Below, in pieces: positions 1 through 12,162 of a DNA stretch of 64,000 bases (position 1 is the stretch's first letter; each line of letters starts with the position of its first letter). The stretch is taken from positions 1 to 64,000 of the forward strand of contig JAANOX010000265.1 of NCBI GenBank assembly GCA_020184695.1, read 5' to 3'. A model generated the notes under the pieces. It searched no databases. It saw only the letters and a list, made by a program, of their open reading frames with translations, and was not told the origin of the DNA. The translations under genes were made by a program, and so were the position numbers. Source of the stretch: Histomonas meleagridis 2922-C6/04-290x. Its lineage: Eukaryota > Protista > Parabasalia.

Positions 1-89
1 TAAAGTTTTTCATTATATATATGATAATCATTTATTTGAATTTTTTTAAGTTAAAGTCATATTATAACGTGTTTACAGATCACCTTCGT

Positions 90-3000
90 ATGTCGAATCA
101 AAAACTCAATGATTTAAAGAAAAGATTAATTTTAAAGCAGCATACACAAGACCATCCTGTTACTTTTCAAAACAGTATTAATGCAAGGCGATCTTTATCA
201 CGTTCGTCTAAAGTTTTAAATAAAAATAGTAAACTCCCACCAATGAAAGAAACGAATATAAATACCAAAAAACAAGAAGAAAAAGGCAAAAATATAGAAA
301 ATATCAAAGATCTTACATCACCTTTTCATTTTATTGAATATGCACGAAAACATCAATTAAATGAAGATTTTGTTTATTTATCTCCTACCGATGTTGAGGA
401 AGGTACTGAGAGTTCAACACGTTTACGAATTGTTCCTTCATCACAAATTAACAAAAATGATTTTTGGACATTAAGTTTACTTGGATTAAGCCATATTAAA
501 GATTCTAACGTTGATTTCATTCCTTTAGGTGATTGGCTTAGGTCATGCGATTTATTTCAAAAAATCAAAAGCATACCATTTTTTAAAAATTATCATCAAT
601 GGAAAAATTTTTCGACATGGAAAAAAACAGTTTCGTATAATCAAATGACAAATGCAGAAAATTTGTTAAAAGAAAATCTTTTTATATTACATCCAATTTT
701 AAGGCCAGCTTTTTTCCAGATTCAATCAGAGATACAAAAAATAAGTCAACTTAAATTATTTAATATTAAAGCAGATGGCCTTTATAAGCTAGAAGAGTTT
801 TCGAAAGAAAACGCTAAACATCTTAATAAAGTTAAACAACAATTAAACATTTTTATAAGCAAAATAATTGAAATAGTTCAAATTACATGTGAAAAAACAA
901 TTGATACACTTGGTAATTTTTCGATTACAAATAACAACAACAATAATAACAATAATCAAAATTCATCAATTGAACAATTAATTACTCAAAATGATAAACC
1001 ATTTCATAATAACATTGATAATGATTCATCATTAACATTTACTCAAAAAGCGGCATATCGAAGTTTATGTTATAAATTAGTAAAATTTATTAAATTGATT
1101 GATTTAAACATAATTTCTACTCTTAGAAATATTTGTTTTTTATCATTGTTAGAACTTCATTGTATAATGAGTTCATTATATAATAAAAGCTTAAAAAAAT
1201 TAAATCTAAAAGATATCAAATTATTAAAAAATATAAAACTTTCAAATGAATTTAAACAAATATATCCAAACATTCAACAAAAAATTAATGAATTTTTTGA
1301 TCGACCTGTTTTTCATATCGATATTATATATAAAAATCATCAATTCCAATGGATTCCTAATCAAAATGAATTCCAAAACACATTTGATTTAATTCGTAAA
1401 GAATCTTTTGAAGTTCTATATCAAATTCCTTTATTAATTGAAAACCAATTATTTCAACAATATATTTATCCTGATGGACCATTAAAATATAATAAAAGTG
1501 AAAATAATTTAAGCTTAAAACTATCAGAAATTATTGAAAGTGATCCAATTTTTAATGAAATAATATTCAAACAAAACAAAATTATTGAAAAGTCATTTAA
1601 ATTATTACAAATTTATTCTAATAATTATGATAAAGCTATAGAAATTTTTGAAGAAAATGATAAATTTAAGTTCGAAGAATTAATTAATCAACATATTACA
1701 GCTATGGAAACACAAAATATTATAAACAAATATAATGAACAAATAAAATTTTTGGATAAAATTGAAGAAAAATCAGAGATTGGTTTGTTTTATCAATTTG
1801 TTAAAGATATGAAAATTAAAATCAATAAATCACCAATTAATTGTTTAAATCAAATCAAATCAATGTTACCAAATATTATACATCAATTATTAAATGAATT
1901 TTCTGATAAAATTACAAATAGTTATAATGAATTAACTATAACAATCGAAAACGTTCCGACATTTGTAAACTATTTAAAAGCTACTGAAAAATATTCAAAT
2001 GAATTAGCGAATTTTAATTTTTTATCAGATTCAATTCATAATTTTTATTTGTTATGTAAAAACTTAAATATTATAGTTAATCAAGAAGAAGAAAATAAAT
2101 ATCAATCATTAATACCGATCTTAGATGAAATTACAAAAATACTTTCGAATTCAAATGAACAAAAACAAATTTTAATGCCGAAGTTTTCAAATCAATTAGA
2201 TAAATTAATTAATAAATTACATTCTAAAGTCATTAAATTAACACAAATTTCATTAAATCCTTTGTTAAATGATATTAATACATCTATTAATCAAGCGAGA
2301 GAATTTTTGACTTTAATTAATAATAAGTTAAATAAAATTAAAGAATTATCATTAAATTATAATTCTTATCAAAAAATTATGAATTTAAATGTTACAAAAT
2401 TCGATGATATTAAAGAATTAAATAAAAACATTAAATTAAAGAACTTATTATGGGATACTAAAAATAATTGGAATGATTTTATAAATAAATGGTCAAATAC
2501 GAAATTTTCTATCATTAATCCGAACTTAATGAATGAAGAATTACAAAAGTTTCAAACAAATATTAATAAATGTTCAAAAGGTTTACCTGATAATAATGTA
2601 ATTCAAGATTTAAACAAATCGATTAATGAATATTCTTTACTTTTACCTATAATTAAAGACTTAAAGAATCCTTCAATTAAACAACGTTTTATTGATCAAA
2701 TTTCGAATTTATTAGGTTATAATTTATTTTCTAATGAGTTTAAATTTGGTAAATTAATCGAATTAAAGGCATTTAATTATGTTAAAGAAATTTCAATGAT
2801 TTCTACTCAAGCTACAAATGAACAATTATTATATGATATGTTAAATAATGTACAAAAAATGATAAACAAATTAACATTTACGACAATAAATTATAAAAAT
2901 CAAAAAAATATTTATATATTTGAAGGCTTTGATGATATTTTAATGAACTTAGATGAAGCTCAATCAATTATTCCTACAATACGTTCATCACCTTATGTTT

Positions 3001-6000
3001 CTATACTTAGAACTCATATTGATGAATATGTACATTCTTTACGTATATTTTCGAATATATTAGACTTGTTAATTAAATGTCAAAACTTATATTTATATTT
3101 AAATAATGTATTTAATATTGGAGATATATCACGTCAATTACCTAATGAATATAAAAAGTTTATACAAGTTAATAAAATTTGGCGAGAATTAATTAATAAA
3201 GCACATGAAGAACCTTTAGCATTTAAATTTTGTATAAACAATCAAAACCAAAATAATTTAGAAGAAATTAATAAAATTTTAGAAGAAATTATTAAATCTT
3301 TAGAAGATTATTTAGAAACAAAACGTTTAATATTCCCACGATTTTACTTTTTATCTAATGATGATTTATTAGATTTATTATCTAAATCTAAAACACCTGA
3401 ATTAATTCAACCTTATTTAAACAAAATATTTGAAGGAATTTATCAATTTGAAATAATTAATAAAGATGATACACCTACAATTATATCGATAAATAGTATT
3501 GAAGGTGAAAAAATTTTAATTAGACCAATTAAAATTAAAGGCCCAATCGAAATTTGGTTAGCACAAATAGAAGAACAATGTCAACGTTCTTTACGTAATT
3601 ATATTAAAAATGGTTTACAAAGTTATACTGAAAATAAATTGATCGAATGGATTTCTTCACAACCTTTACAAATAATTTTAACTATTACACAAATCGATTT
3701 TTGTGATCAAGTTGAATATTCATTTAGTTTAAATAATTGTAATGAAGAACTTTTAAATATTAAAAAAGAAATTAAACAAAATCTTATAAAGTTAACAGAA
3801 ATTATTAAATTAAATATTACAAAACTTGAGAAAATTAAAATTAGTACATTAATTATTAATAAAATTAATAATTATAATATAATTAAAGAATTAATTAAGA
3901 ATCAAATTATTTCAATTCATGACTTTGATTGGTTTAAACAATTAAAATATAAATGGGATGATATAAATAAAGAAATTTTAATTCAACAAACAAATTCTAA
4001 CTTTAAATATGGTTATGAATATTTAGGTTGTTCTTCACGTTTAATAATTACACCTTTAACTAATAGATGTTATTTAACTTTAACTAATGCATTAAATTTA
4101 CATTTAGGTGGTTCAATTATAGGTCCTACAGGTACAGGTAAAACAGAAACTATTAAAGATTTATCTAAAGCTTTAGGTATTTATTGTATAATATTTAATT
4201 GTAATGAAAATATTTCGATACAACAATTAAATTTATTCTTTAAAGGTTTAATTCAAACAGGTTCTTGGTGTTGTTTAGATGAATTTAATCGCTTAAACTT
4301 AAATGTATTAACAATTTTAACTGAATATTTTAATAATATTCATTTAACTTTATGTAATAATTTAAAACGAATTAATTTCGATGGTATAGAAATTCCTATT
4401 AATAATAAAGTCGGATATTTTACGACTATGAATCCGAATTATAAAAATAGAACAGAATTATCAAATAATTTAAAAAATTTATTTAGACCTGTTTCTATGA
4501 TTAAACCTAATTATAAATTAATCATAAAGATTTTGTTGTTTAGTCAAGGATTTAAAAACTATAAAATTCTTTCAAGTAAAATTAATAAACTTTATAAAAT
4601 TAGTAAAGAATTAATAAATAAAAGAAACTATTATGACTTTAATATTAGATCTTTGAAGTCAATTATAATTAAAGCTAACTCATTAAAGAATTCATATCCT
4701 GATTTAAACGAAGAAGAATTAATAATTAAATCAATTAAAGATAATAATTTAATAAAATTCTTAAAAGAAGATAAAATTTTATTCAAAAACATTTTAATGA
4801 ATTTATTCCCTAATGTTAAAATTAATGATAAAGAAAAAGATAATAATTTAATGAAAGTTATTCAAGAAGCAATTCAAGAATTAAAACTTCAAAATTCTAA
4901 ATTTATAATTAATAAAGTTATGCAATTATATAATTTAATGAAATATTATAATGGTTTAATAATTATCGGTTCAACATTTGGAGGTAAAAGTACTATTAAA
5001 AATATATTAATAAAAACTATCGAAAAATTAAATCAAAACAACAAAAAAGTTCATTTAATAAAAGAATTTATATTAAATCCTAAATCTTTAACTATTAATG
5101 AATTATATGGAGAATTAAATCAAAATACACAAGAATGGAAAGATGGATTAATATTAAAAATCTTTAATAAATGTTTAGAAGAAAATGATAAAAAAGAAAA
5201 TAATTTAATTGTATTCGATGGTCCTATAGATTCTGAATGGATAGAAAACTTAAATTCTGTTTTAGACGATAATAAATTATTAACTTTATCAAATTCAAAA
5301 CGTATTAAAATCACAAAATTCATTAATTTATTGTTTGAAGTCGAAGATTTAAATAAAGCTTCACCTTCTACTATATCTAGATGTGGTATAATTTATATAG
5401 ATATTAAAAAATTAGGTTTTAAACCTTATTGTAAATCACAAATACAAAATAATATTTCTGTGCTGTTTAATAATAACAAAAATTATATTAAAATTTTTAA
5501 GGAATTACTTTATTTAGGTATTAACGAAGGTTTTAAATTCATGAATAATAACAAAAATAATTTTAATCAATTTATTTCGATGAATTTAATATTTTCTTTG
5601 TTTAATTTATTTGAATCAATTATTGAAGAATCGATTAATAATAAAGAAATTGATTTTAATGATCAAAATTTAGAAGAAGATAATAATAAACTTATTATAA
5701 ATTTGTTTATATTTTCTTATGTTTGGTCTTTTGGTGGTCATATTAATTTGGATCAAAGAATCGAATTTGATAATGTTATACGTAATATTTATTCTGTTAA
5801 AACACATTTACCTAACAAAGGTTTAATTTATGATTATAATTATAATATACAGAAAAAAGAATGGATACAATGGGATGAAGAAATTACTAAAAATAACATT
5901 TACAACAATTCTATGATATTTGTACCAACTATTGATACTATTCGTATTTCATATTTATTAAAAATTTTATTAAAACATAAACATCATATATTTTTAAGAG

Positions 6001-9000
6001 GTTTAAATGGAATCGGTAAAACATTAATAATTAAAAATACTTTAAATGAAATATATAATGATAATAATAATTATTATATAAATTCAATATTATTTTCATC
6101 AAATACAAATTCATTCAAAGCTCAAGAAATGTTAGAATCTATACTTGAAAAGAAACGTGAAATTTTAATACCACCGAATAATAAAAAAGAAGGTATAATA
6201 TTTATAGATGATTTGAATATAGTTAAACCGGATATTTATGGAACACAAACTTCAATAGAATTACTTCGGCAAATTATTTCGATGAATGGTTTATATAATC
6301 GAAAGAATTTCGAATGGAATGAAATTCATAATATTACATTCATTGGTTCAGGTGGACCTGATGGAGGTAATTATAAACCAATTACAAAACGATTTTTACG
6401 ATATTTATTTAATTTAGAATTAACTTTTCCAAATGATAAATCACTTTATTATATATATTCTTCTATATTAAAGAAATATTTCGCTGATTTTAATGAAAGT
6501 ATTAAAGATAAAATATCAAAACTTGTGCAATCTTCGATAAATGTATATAAAAAAGTTATCGAAACATTTTTACCTATACCTAAAAAATCTCATTATATAT
6601 TTAACTTAAAACATTTAACTAAAGTTATTGAAAGTTTCACACAAATTAAACCAAATTATATTAGTAATAATATCAATTTATTAGAAAGATTTTGGTTACA
6701 TGAAAATTATAGAGTTTATAATGATTGTTTAATTAATGACGAAGATAAACAAAAGTTCAAAACAATTATAGTTAGTACAATGAAAAAGACATTAAATAGT
6801 GAACAAATTATTGAAGATATATATAAGAAACCATTAATATTTACAAGTTATTTAAATAATGAAAAAAATTATGAAGAAATTAATGATTATAATAAGTTAA
6901 AAGATAAGTTAAAAGAATATTATAAAGAATATAAAAATTTATATCATTTAAATAATAATATGATATTATTTGATTCAAATATTGAATATATTTCACATAT
7001 AACTCGAATTTTAAATCAAACTCAAAGTCATTTAATTTTATTAGGAATTTCAAGTATAGGTAAACATACTATAGCAAAGTTTTCTTCATTTATTAGTGGA
7101 TCAGAATTCACCGAAATCGAAATTAATAATAATAATTATAATATTAATAATTTTAAAGAAGATTTACAAAAGATTTTTATTAAATGTGGTTGTAATGGTA
7201 AAAAATTCACATTAATAATTAATAACTTACAAATCAATGATGAATTTTTAGAGATTATTAATAATGTTATAAATAATTATGAAATTCTTAACTTGTTTAA
7301 TCAAGAAGAATTAGATAAAATATGTAATGAAGTCCTTAATTATGCAAAATTAATTGGAGAAAATGAATCACGTAATAATTTGATTAAATTATTTTATAAA
7401 AGAATTCAAGAGAACTTTCATATTATTTTAATCATTTCTTCTTTAAATATTTTGGAATATTATTGTAAAATGTATCCTTCAATTATAAACAATTGTAATA
7501 TTAATTATATTAATAATTGGTCTAAAGAAGAATTAAAATTAATTTCACAGAAAAAATTATCGAAAATTGAAAACATTCAAAATGATAATTTATTAAACAA
7601 ATTTATAGAACTTTCGATATATACTTATCAAGAAATTATTGAGGTTTCTAATTTAATGCAAAAAGAATTATCAATTAATTATTATATTACACCTTCTTTA
7701 TATATTAAGTTTATAAAATTTTACAAAGTGTTATTACAAAAATATCAAAATAAATATCTAAATAATAAAAATCATTTATTAAATGGAATAGAAAAACTTA
7801 TTGAAACTAATCAATTAATTGAGCAAATGAAAAATCAACTTAATGAACTTGAACCAATTCTTAATGAGTCAGTAAATAACATTGAACTTTTACTAAATAA
7901 AATTCTTAATGAAAAAAAGGAAATTGAACAAATCAAAAAGATTATAATAAATGAAGAAAAAACGATATCAAATCAAGCAAAAGAAGCAGAAAATTTATCA
8001 ATTGAAGCTAATAAAGAACTTAATAAAGTATTACCATTATTAGATGAAGCTACAGCACAATTAAAGAGTTTAAGTCGAAGTGCAATAGCAGAAATCCGTC
8101 AATATTCAGAACCTCATATTACAGTACGTACAGTTATGGAAGTAATTTGTATACTTTTTGATATCGAACCGAGTTGGAAATCATCGATAACATTAATCTC
8201 AGATCCAATGTTTATTAATAAAATTTCGAATAAATATGGAGGTGATAATCATATCCCATTAAATATATTGAAACGAATTCAACCTTATGTTGAAAATAAT
8301 AATAATTTCCAACCTGAAGAAGTTGGTAAAGTTTCATCAGCAGCTAAAAGTTTAAGTATTTGGATAAAAGCACTTTATAATTATGAAATTACTTATCGTA
8401 CTATCGAACCTAAAAAAATTGCAGTTACTGAAACTAAAAACAAATTAAAATTAGCACGTGAATCCCTTAAATCTAAACAAGAAGAATTAACAAATATAGA
8501 AAATTCATTTACAGAATTAAATAAAAATTATGAAGAATCAATTAATTATAAAGAAAATATTATTAAACAAATTGAAGATACTAAAGCTAAATTAGAAAGA
8601 GCTAATAAACTTTTAATAAATTTATCAGATGAACAAATTCGTTGGAATGAAAAAATTTCGGAATTAAATTCCAATAATAATTATATTTTATCTGATACAT
8701 TTATATGTACAATAATTTTAATATATTTCGGACCTTTGCCTTATAATTATCGTATAATGTTAAAGAAGAAAATTTCGGAAAAAATTAATTTGTTAGGAAT
8801 TAAAGTTTCAACGAATTTTAACTTCCAGAATTTTTTAGTTTCCGAATCTATTATACAAAATTGGTTGAATTTAGGTTTACCTAATGATATTAATAGTATT
8901 GAAAACTCATTAATTATTAAATTTGCCACTAAAATTTCATTTGTTATTGATCCACAAAATCAATTTACTTTATGGATTTCGAAATTAAAAGAAAACAATT

Positions 9001-12000
9001 TAATTAAATTGAAATTGAGTTCAAATAATTTCGATAATTTACTTGAAAGTTCATTACATAATGGACAATCAATTTTAATTGAAGATGTTATAGATATTAA
9101 TGATATTAAACTTAATTCTTTAATGTTAAGCAAATTTTATAAGAAAGACAATAAATGTTTTATAAATATTAATGATAAAATTATTGAAATTAATAAAAAA
9201 TCAAAAATTTATATTACAACTAAAATTTTAAATCCTAATTTAACATCGGAAATATTTAATAACATTACAATAATTAATTTTAACATTACAAAAGTTTCAT
9301 TAGAATCACAACAACTTTCATTTATAATTTCAATAATAGAACCAGAACTTGAAAAGCAAAAATTAGAAGTAATACAAAATTTATCAAAAGATAAAAACAA
9401 ATTAATTAATATTGAAAACAAAATCCTTGAAATCCTTAATAATTCGAATGAAAACATATTAAATGATGACTTATTAATATTAACAATTGAAAAATCTAAG
9501 AATAAATCAAATAAAATTAAAGAACGAATTCAACTTAATGAAGAAAACAAAAATCAAATTAATTCACTTCGAATGAAATATAAAATAATTTCAATTCGTA
9601 CTTCATTATTATATTTTGTAATAAATGATATTTCAAAAATTAATAATATATATCAATATTCATTAGAAGTATTTAATAATATTATTAAAAATTGTATTCT
9701 TAAAGTACCAAAAACAGAAGATTATTTAAATGTATTAATCAAACAAATCACTTATACTATTTATAATATAATTTCAAATGGTTTATATGAATCACATCGA
9801 ATTATATTTTCATTTTTAATATTAATTTCTATAATGAAAAATGAAGAAAAAATTTCTAATGATGAAATTAATCTTTTTATATGTGGCCCAACTTTAATTG
9901 ATGAAAATCCAATAACAAATCCATTACCAAATATTATAACTAATTCGATTTGGAATCAAATTTATTCTGTTGGAAAAATTCTTTCGAAATTTTCGAATAT
10001 TTCAAAACTAATTACTGAAAACATTGAAATATTTAAAGAATTTATAAAATCGAATACTATTAATATACCAAAAGAATTAAATCCCGGATTTACTGAGTTC
10101 GAAACATTAATTTTCTTTCGAATTATATCAATTGATCGACTTATAAATTATATTCAACAATTTATAATAAATAATCTTGGAAATGAATTTGTTTATCCAC
10201 AAACATTTAATCTTAAACAAAGTTATGAATTAACAAATCCATTAATACCATTAATATTTATCTTAAATGATAATAATATTAAATTAAGTGATAATATTCA
10301 ACAATTAGCAAATGAATATAAAATGGATAATAAACTTAAAATATTTTCATTTGGCGAAAACCAAAATTTAGATATAAAAAGTATATTTGAAAATGCAACA
10401 ACTAATGGTGAATGGATTTTCCTTCAAAATTGTCATCTTTCTATTTCTTTATTATCTGAACTTGAATTAATAACATCTAAATTTAATAACATCGAAAATT
10501 TACATAAAGATTTCCGACTTTTTATCAGCACGAATCCTATTAAAGAATTTCCTATTTTACTTCTTCGTAAATCGATTAAAATCATAAATGAAATACCAAA
10601 TGGAATTAAATCGAATCTTTTACATTTATTTAAGTTAATTCCATCAGAAGAATTTAATAATAATATAAAATCAAAACTTTACTTTTCACTAAGTTTGTTC
10701 CATTCTATAATTCAAGAAAGGAAAAAATTCGGTTCAATTGGATTTAATAATATTTATGATTGGAATGAAAATGATTTTCTAATATCATTTTCTTATCTGA
10801 AAAAATATATTGATGAACAATCAACAATTAATTGGGAATCACTTCGTTATATTATTGGCGATATTATTTATGGTGGTCATGTTACAGATATTTTAGATCA
10901 ACAAATTTTGTTTTCGATATTTTCGAAGTTTTATTGTCCTGAAATATTAAATGAAAATTATTATTTCTCTGAAAGTAAAACGTTTTATATACCAAATGTT
11001 AAAAATTATCAAAATATCATCGAATATATTAATGCACTTCCATTTGAAGATGATCATTTGGTATTTTCGATGCATGAAAATGTCGAAATTATAAACAAAC
11101 AAAAGAATTCATTACAAATAATTAAAGAACTTCAAAAATTAATTGGAATTTCATTAAATAATTCGTTTAATAATATCTCAATTAATGAAATTATACAAAA
11201 TTTAATATCAAAACTTCCGAATTTAGATGTAAATAATGAAGAAGAAGAAAATGAAAATGAAAATGAACAATCGTTTGATCCATTTAATATAATTCTTCAA
11301 CAAGAAATTTTAAGTTATCGAAAACTATTAAATATAATATCAAATACATTCGAAGATCTTAATAAAGCATTAAATGGTTATACACCAATTTCATCAAATC
11401 TTGAAGAAGTATTACGTTATTTATATCTAAATAAAGTACCTAAACTATGGTTAAAGTATAAAAGTGTTAAACCACTTAATTCATGGTTTGATGATTTAAT
11501 TAAACGAATAAACTTCTTTAATGATTGGAAAAGTAATATTCCAATTTCATTTTGGTTTTCTGCATTTATATATCCGCAATCATTTATTATTGCTGTGTTA
11601 CAAAGGCATTCGATTGACAATAATATTCCAATCGATGATCTCTCGTTCGAAATAGAAATAATTGACGAAGAACCAAAAGAAATACCAAAAGTTGGAGTAT
11701 ATGTTAATGGTTTGTTCTTTAATGGATGTAAATGGGATAATGTGAATAAATGTGTGGAAGAACAAGAAATAGGTCAAATTTATTCCGAAGTTCCATATAT
11801 ACATTTGATACCAACAAATAATAATACACAAAAGAATAATGATAAATATTATCAATGCCCAATTTATATAACAGAAAAAAGAAAAGGTAAAGTGGCGGCT
11901 TCAGGAAAATCATCAAATTTCGTGATGAAAATACCATTGCCAACAAAGAAATCACCTGACCATTGGATACAAAGAGGCGCTGCGTTGTTACTTGAAACTC

Positions 12001-12008
12001 CTGAATAA
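90..12008 (+). CDS. Axonemal dynein heavy chain (probably single-headed inner-arm type), about 3972 aa
   Basis: AAA1 Walker A GPTGTGKTET and Walker B CLDEFNRL; FDGPIDSEWIENLNSVLDDNK, IFIDDLN, stalk coiled coil, GEWIFLQNCHL, C-terminal HWIQRGAALL. First plausible ATG at 90 (MSNQKL); the ORF track starts at 21. Confidence 0.97.
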   Translation: MSNQKLNDLKKRLILKQHTQDHPVTFQNSINARRSLSRSSKVLNKNSKLPPMKETNINTKKQEEKGKNIENIKDLTSPFHFIEYARKHQLNEDFVYLSPTDVEEGTESSTRLRIVPSSQINKNDFWTLSLLGLSHIKDSNVDFIPLGDWLRSCDLFQKIKSIPFFKNYHQWKNFSTWKKTVSYNQMTNAENLLKENLFILHPILRPAFFQIQSEIQKISQLKLFNIKADGLYKLEEFSKENAKHLNKVKQQLNIFISKIIEIVQITCEKTIDTLGNFSITNNNNNNNNNQNSSIEQLITQNDKPFHNNIDNDSSLTFTQKAAYRSLCYKLVKFIKLIDLNIISTLRNICFLSLLELHCIMSSLYNKSLKKLNLKDIKLLKNIKLSNEFKQIYPNIQQKINEFFDRPVFHIDIIYKNHQFQWIPNQNEFQNTFDLIRKESFEVLYQIPLLIENQLFQQYIYPDGPLKYNKSENNLSLKLSEIIESDPIFNEIIFKQNKIIEKSFKLLQIYSNNYDKAIEIFEENDKFKFEELINQHITAMETQNIINKYNEQIKFLDKIEEKSEIGLFYQFVKDMKIKINKSPINCLNQIKSMLPNIIHQLLNEFSDKITNSYNELTITIENVPTFVNYLKATEKYSNELANFNFLSDSIHNFYLLCKNLNIIVNQEEENKYQSLIPILDEITKILSNSNEQKQILMPKFSNQLDKLINKLHSKVIKLTQISLNPLLNDINTSINQAREFLTLINNKLNKIKELSLNYNSYQKIMNLNVTKFDDIKELNKNIKLKNLLWDTKNNWNDFINKWSNTKFSIINPNLMNEELQKFQTNINKCSKGLPDNNVIQDLNKSINEYSLLLPIIKDLKNPSIKQRFIDQISNLLGYNLFSNEFKFGKLIELKAFNYVKEISMISTQATNEQLLYDMLNNVQKMINKLTFTTINYKNQKNIYIFEGFDDILMNLDEAQSIIPTIRSSPYVSILRTHIDEYVHSLRIFSNILDLLIKCQNLYLYLNNVFNIGDISRQLPNEYKKFIQVNKIWRELINKAHEEPLAFKFCINNQNQNNLEEINKILEEIIKSLEDYLETKRLIFPRFYFLSNDDLLDLLSKSKTPELIQPYLNKIFEGIYQFEIINKDDTPTIISINSIEGEKILIRPIKIKGPIEIWLAQIEEQCQRSLRNYIKNGLQSYTENKLIEWISSQPLQIILTITQIDFCDQVEYSFSLNNCNEELLNIKKEIKQNLIKLTEIIKLNITKLEKIKISTLIINKINNYNIIKELIKNQIISIHDFDWFKQLKYKWDDINKEILIQQTNSNFKYGYEYLGCSSRLIITPLTNRCYLTLTNALNLHLGGSIIGPTGTGKTETIKDLSKALGIYCIIFNCNENISIQQLNLFFKGLIQTGSWCCLDEFNRLNLNVLTILTEYFNNIHLTLCNNLKRINFDGIEIPINNKVGYFTTMNPNYKNRTELSNNLKNLFRPVSMIKPNYKLIIKILLFSQGFKNYKILSSKINKLYKISKELINKRNYYDFNIRSLKSIIIKANSLKNSYPDLNEEELIIKSIKDNNLIKFLKEDKILFKNILMNLFPNVKINDKEKDNNLMKVIQEAIQELKLQNSKFIINKVMQLYNLMKYYNGLIIIGSTFGGKSTIKNILIKTIEKLNQNNKKVHLIKEFILNPKSLTINELYGELNQNTQEWKDGLILKIFNKCLEENDKKENNLIVFDGPIDSEWIENLNSVLDDNKLLTLSNSKRIKITKFINLLFEVEDLNKASPSTISRCGIIYIDIKKLGFKPYCKSQIQNNISVLFNNNKNYIKIFKELLYLGINEGFKFMNNNKNNFNQFISMNLIFSLFNLFESIIEESINNKEIDFNDQNLEEDNNKLIINLFIFSYVWSFGGHINLDQRIEFDNVIRNIYSVKTHLPNKGLIYDYNYNIQKKEWIQWDEEITKNNIYNNSMIFVPTIDTIRISYLLKILLKHKHHIFLRGLNGIGKTLIIKNTLNEIYNDNNNYYINSILFSSNTNSFKAQEMLESILEKKREILIPPNNKKEGIIFIDDLNIVKPDIYGTQTSIELLRQIISMNGLYNRKNFEWNEIHNITFIGSGGPDGGNYKPITKRFLRYLFNLELTFPNDKSLYYIYSSILKKYFADFNESIKDKISKLVQSSINVYKKVIETFLPIPKKSHYIFNLKHLTKVIESFTQIKPNYISNNINLLERFWLHENYRVYNDCLINDEDKQKFKTIIVSTMKKTLNSEQIIEDIYKKPLIFTSYLNNEKNYEEINDYNKLKDKLKEYYKEYKNLYHLNNNMILFDSNIEYISHITRILNQTQSHLILLGISSIGKHTIAKFSSFISGSEFTEIEINNNNYNINNFKEDLQKIFIKCGCNGKKFTLIINNLQINDEFLEIINNVINNYEILNLFNQEELDKICNEVLNYAKLIGENESRNNLIKLFYKRIQENFHIILIISSLNILEYYCKMYPSIINNCNINYINNWSKEELKLISQKKLSKIENIQNDNLLNKFIELSIYTYQEIIEVSNLMQKELSINYYITPSLYIKFIKFYKVLLQKYQNKYLNNKNHLLNGIEKLIETNQLIEQMKNQLNELEPILNESVNNIELLLNKILNEKKEIEQIKKIIINEEKTISNQAKEAENLSIEANKELNKVLPLLDEATAQLKSLSRSAIAEIRQYSEPHITVRTVMEVICILFDIEPSWKSSITLISDPMFINKISNKYGGDNHIPLNILKRIQPYVENNNNFQPEEVGKVSSAAKSLSIWIKALYNYEITYRTIEPKKIAVTETKNKLKLARESLKSKQEELTNIENSFTELNKNYEESINYKENIIKQIEDTKAKLERANKLLINLSDEQIRWNEKISELNSNNNYILSDTFICTIILIYFGPLPYNYRIMLKKKISEKINLLGIKVSTNFNFQNFLVSESIIQNWLNLGLPNDINSIENSLIIKFATKISFVIDPQNQFTLWISKLKENNLIKLKLSSNNFDNLLESSLHNGQSILIEDVIDINDIKLNSLMLSKFYKKDNKCFININDKIIEINKKSKIYITTKILNPNLTSEIFNNITIINFNITKVSLESQQLSFIISIIEPELEKQKLEVIQNLSKDKNKLINIENKILEILNNSNENILNDDLLILTIEKSKNKSNKIKERIQLNEENKNQINSLRMKYKIISIRTSLLYFVINDISKINNIYQYSLEVFNNIIKNCILKVPKTEDYLNVLIKQITYTIYNIISNGLYESHRIIFSFLILISIMKNEEKISNDEINLFICGPTLIDENPITNPLPNIITNSIWNQIYSVGKILSKFSNISKLITENIEIFKEFIKSNTINIPKELNPGFTEFETLIFFRIISIDRLINYIQQFIINNLGNEFVYPQTFNLKQSYELTNPLIPLIFILNDNNIKLSDNIQQLANEYKMDNKLKIFSFGENQNLDIKSIFENATTNGEWIFLQNCHLSISLLSELELITSKFNNIENLHKDFRLFISTNPIKEFPILLLRKSIKIINEIPNGIKSNLLHLFKLIPSEEFNNNIKSKLYFSLSLFHSIIQERKKFGSIGFNNIYDWNENDFLISFSYLKKYIDEQSTINWESLRYIIGDIIYGGHVTDILDQQILFSIFSKFYCPEILNENYYFSESKTFYIPNVKNYQNIIEYINALPFEDDHLVFSMHENVEIINKQKNSLQIIKELQKLIGISLNNSFNNISINEIIQNLISKLPNLDVNNEEEENENENEQSFDPFNIILQQEILSYRKLLNIISNTFEDLNKALNGYTPISSNLEEVLRYLYLNKVPKLWLKYKSVKPLNSWFDDLIKRINFFNDWKSNIPISFWFSAFIYPQSFIIAVLQRHSIDNNIPIDDLSFEIEIIDEEPKEIPKVGVYVNGLFFNGCKWDNVNKCVEEQEIGQIYSEVPYIHLIPTNNNTQKNNDKYYQCPIYITEKRKGKVAASGKSSNFVMKIPLPTKKSPDHWIQRGAALLLETPE

Positions 12009-12162
12009 ATGTAATTATTTAATAATTCGATCTAAAAATTGTTTTATTTTTTTGGGGGAAAAAAAATTATTTATAATATTTAATTATTTATATAAAAATG
12101 AAAATAATATTTATATAATAAAAGAAAACAAGAAAAATTTTTATTTTTCATTATTGTTTGTT

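Noticed and set aside
11992-12162. ORF overlap between the dynein 3' end and the BspA-like ORF
   Set aside because: The upstream extension is an AT-rich stop-free stretch (N/I/K/F/Y) typical of intergenic DNA; a real overlap is unsupported.
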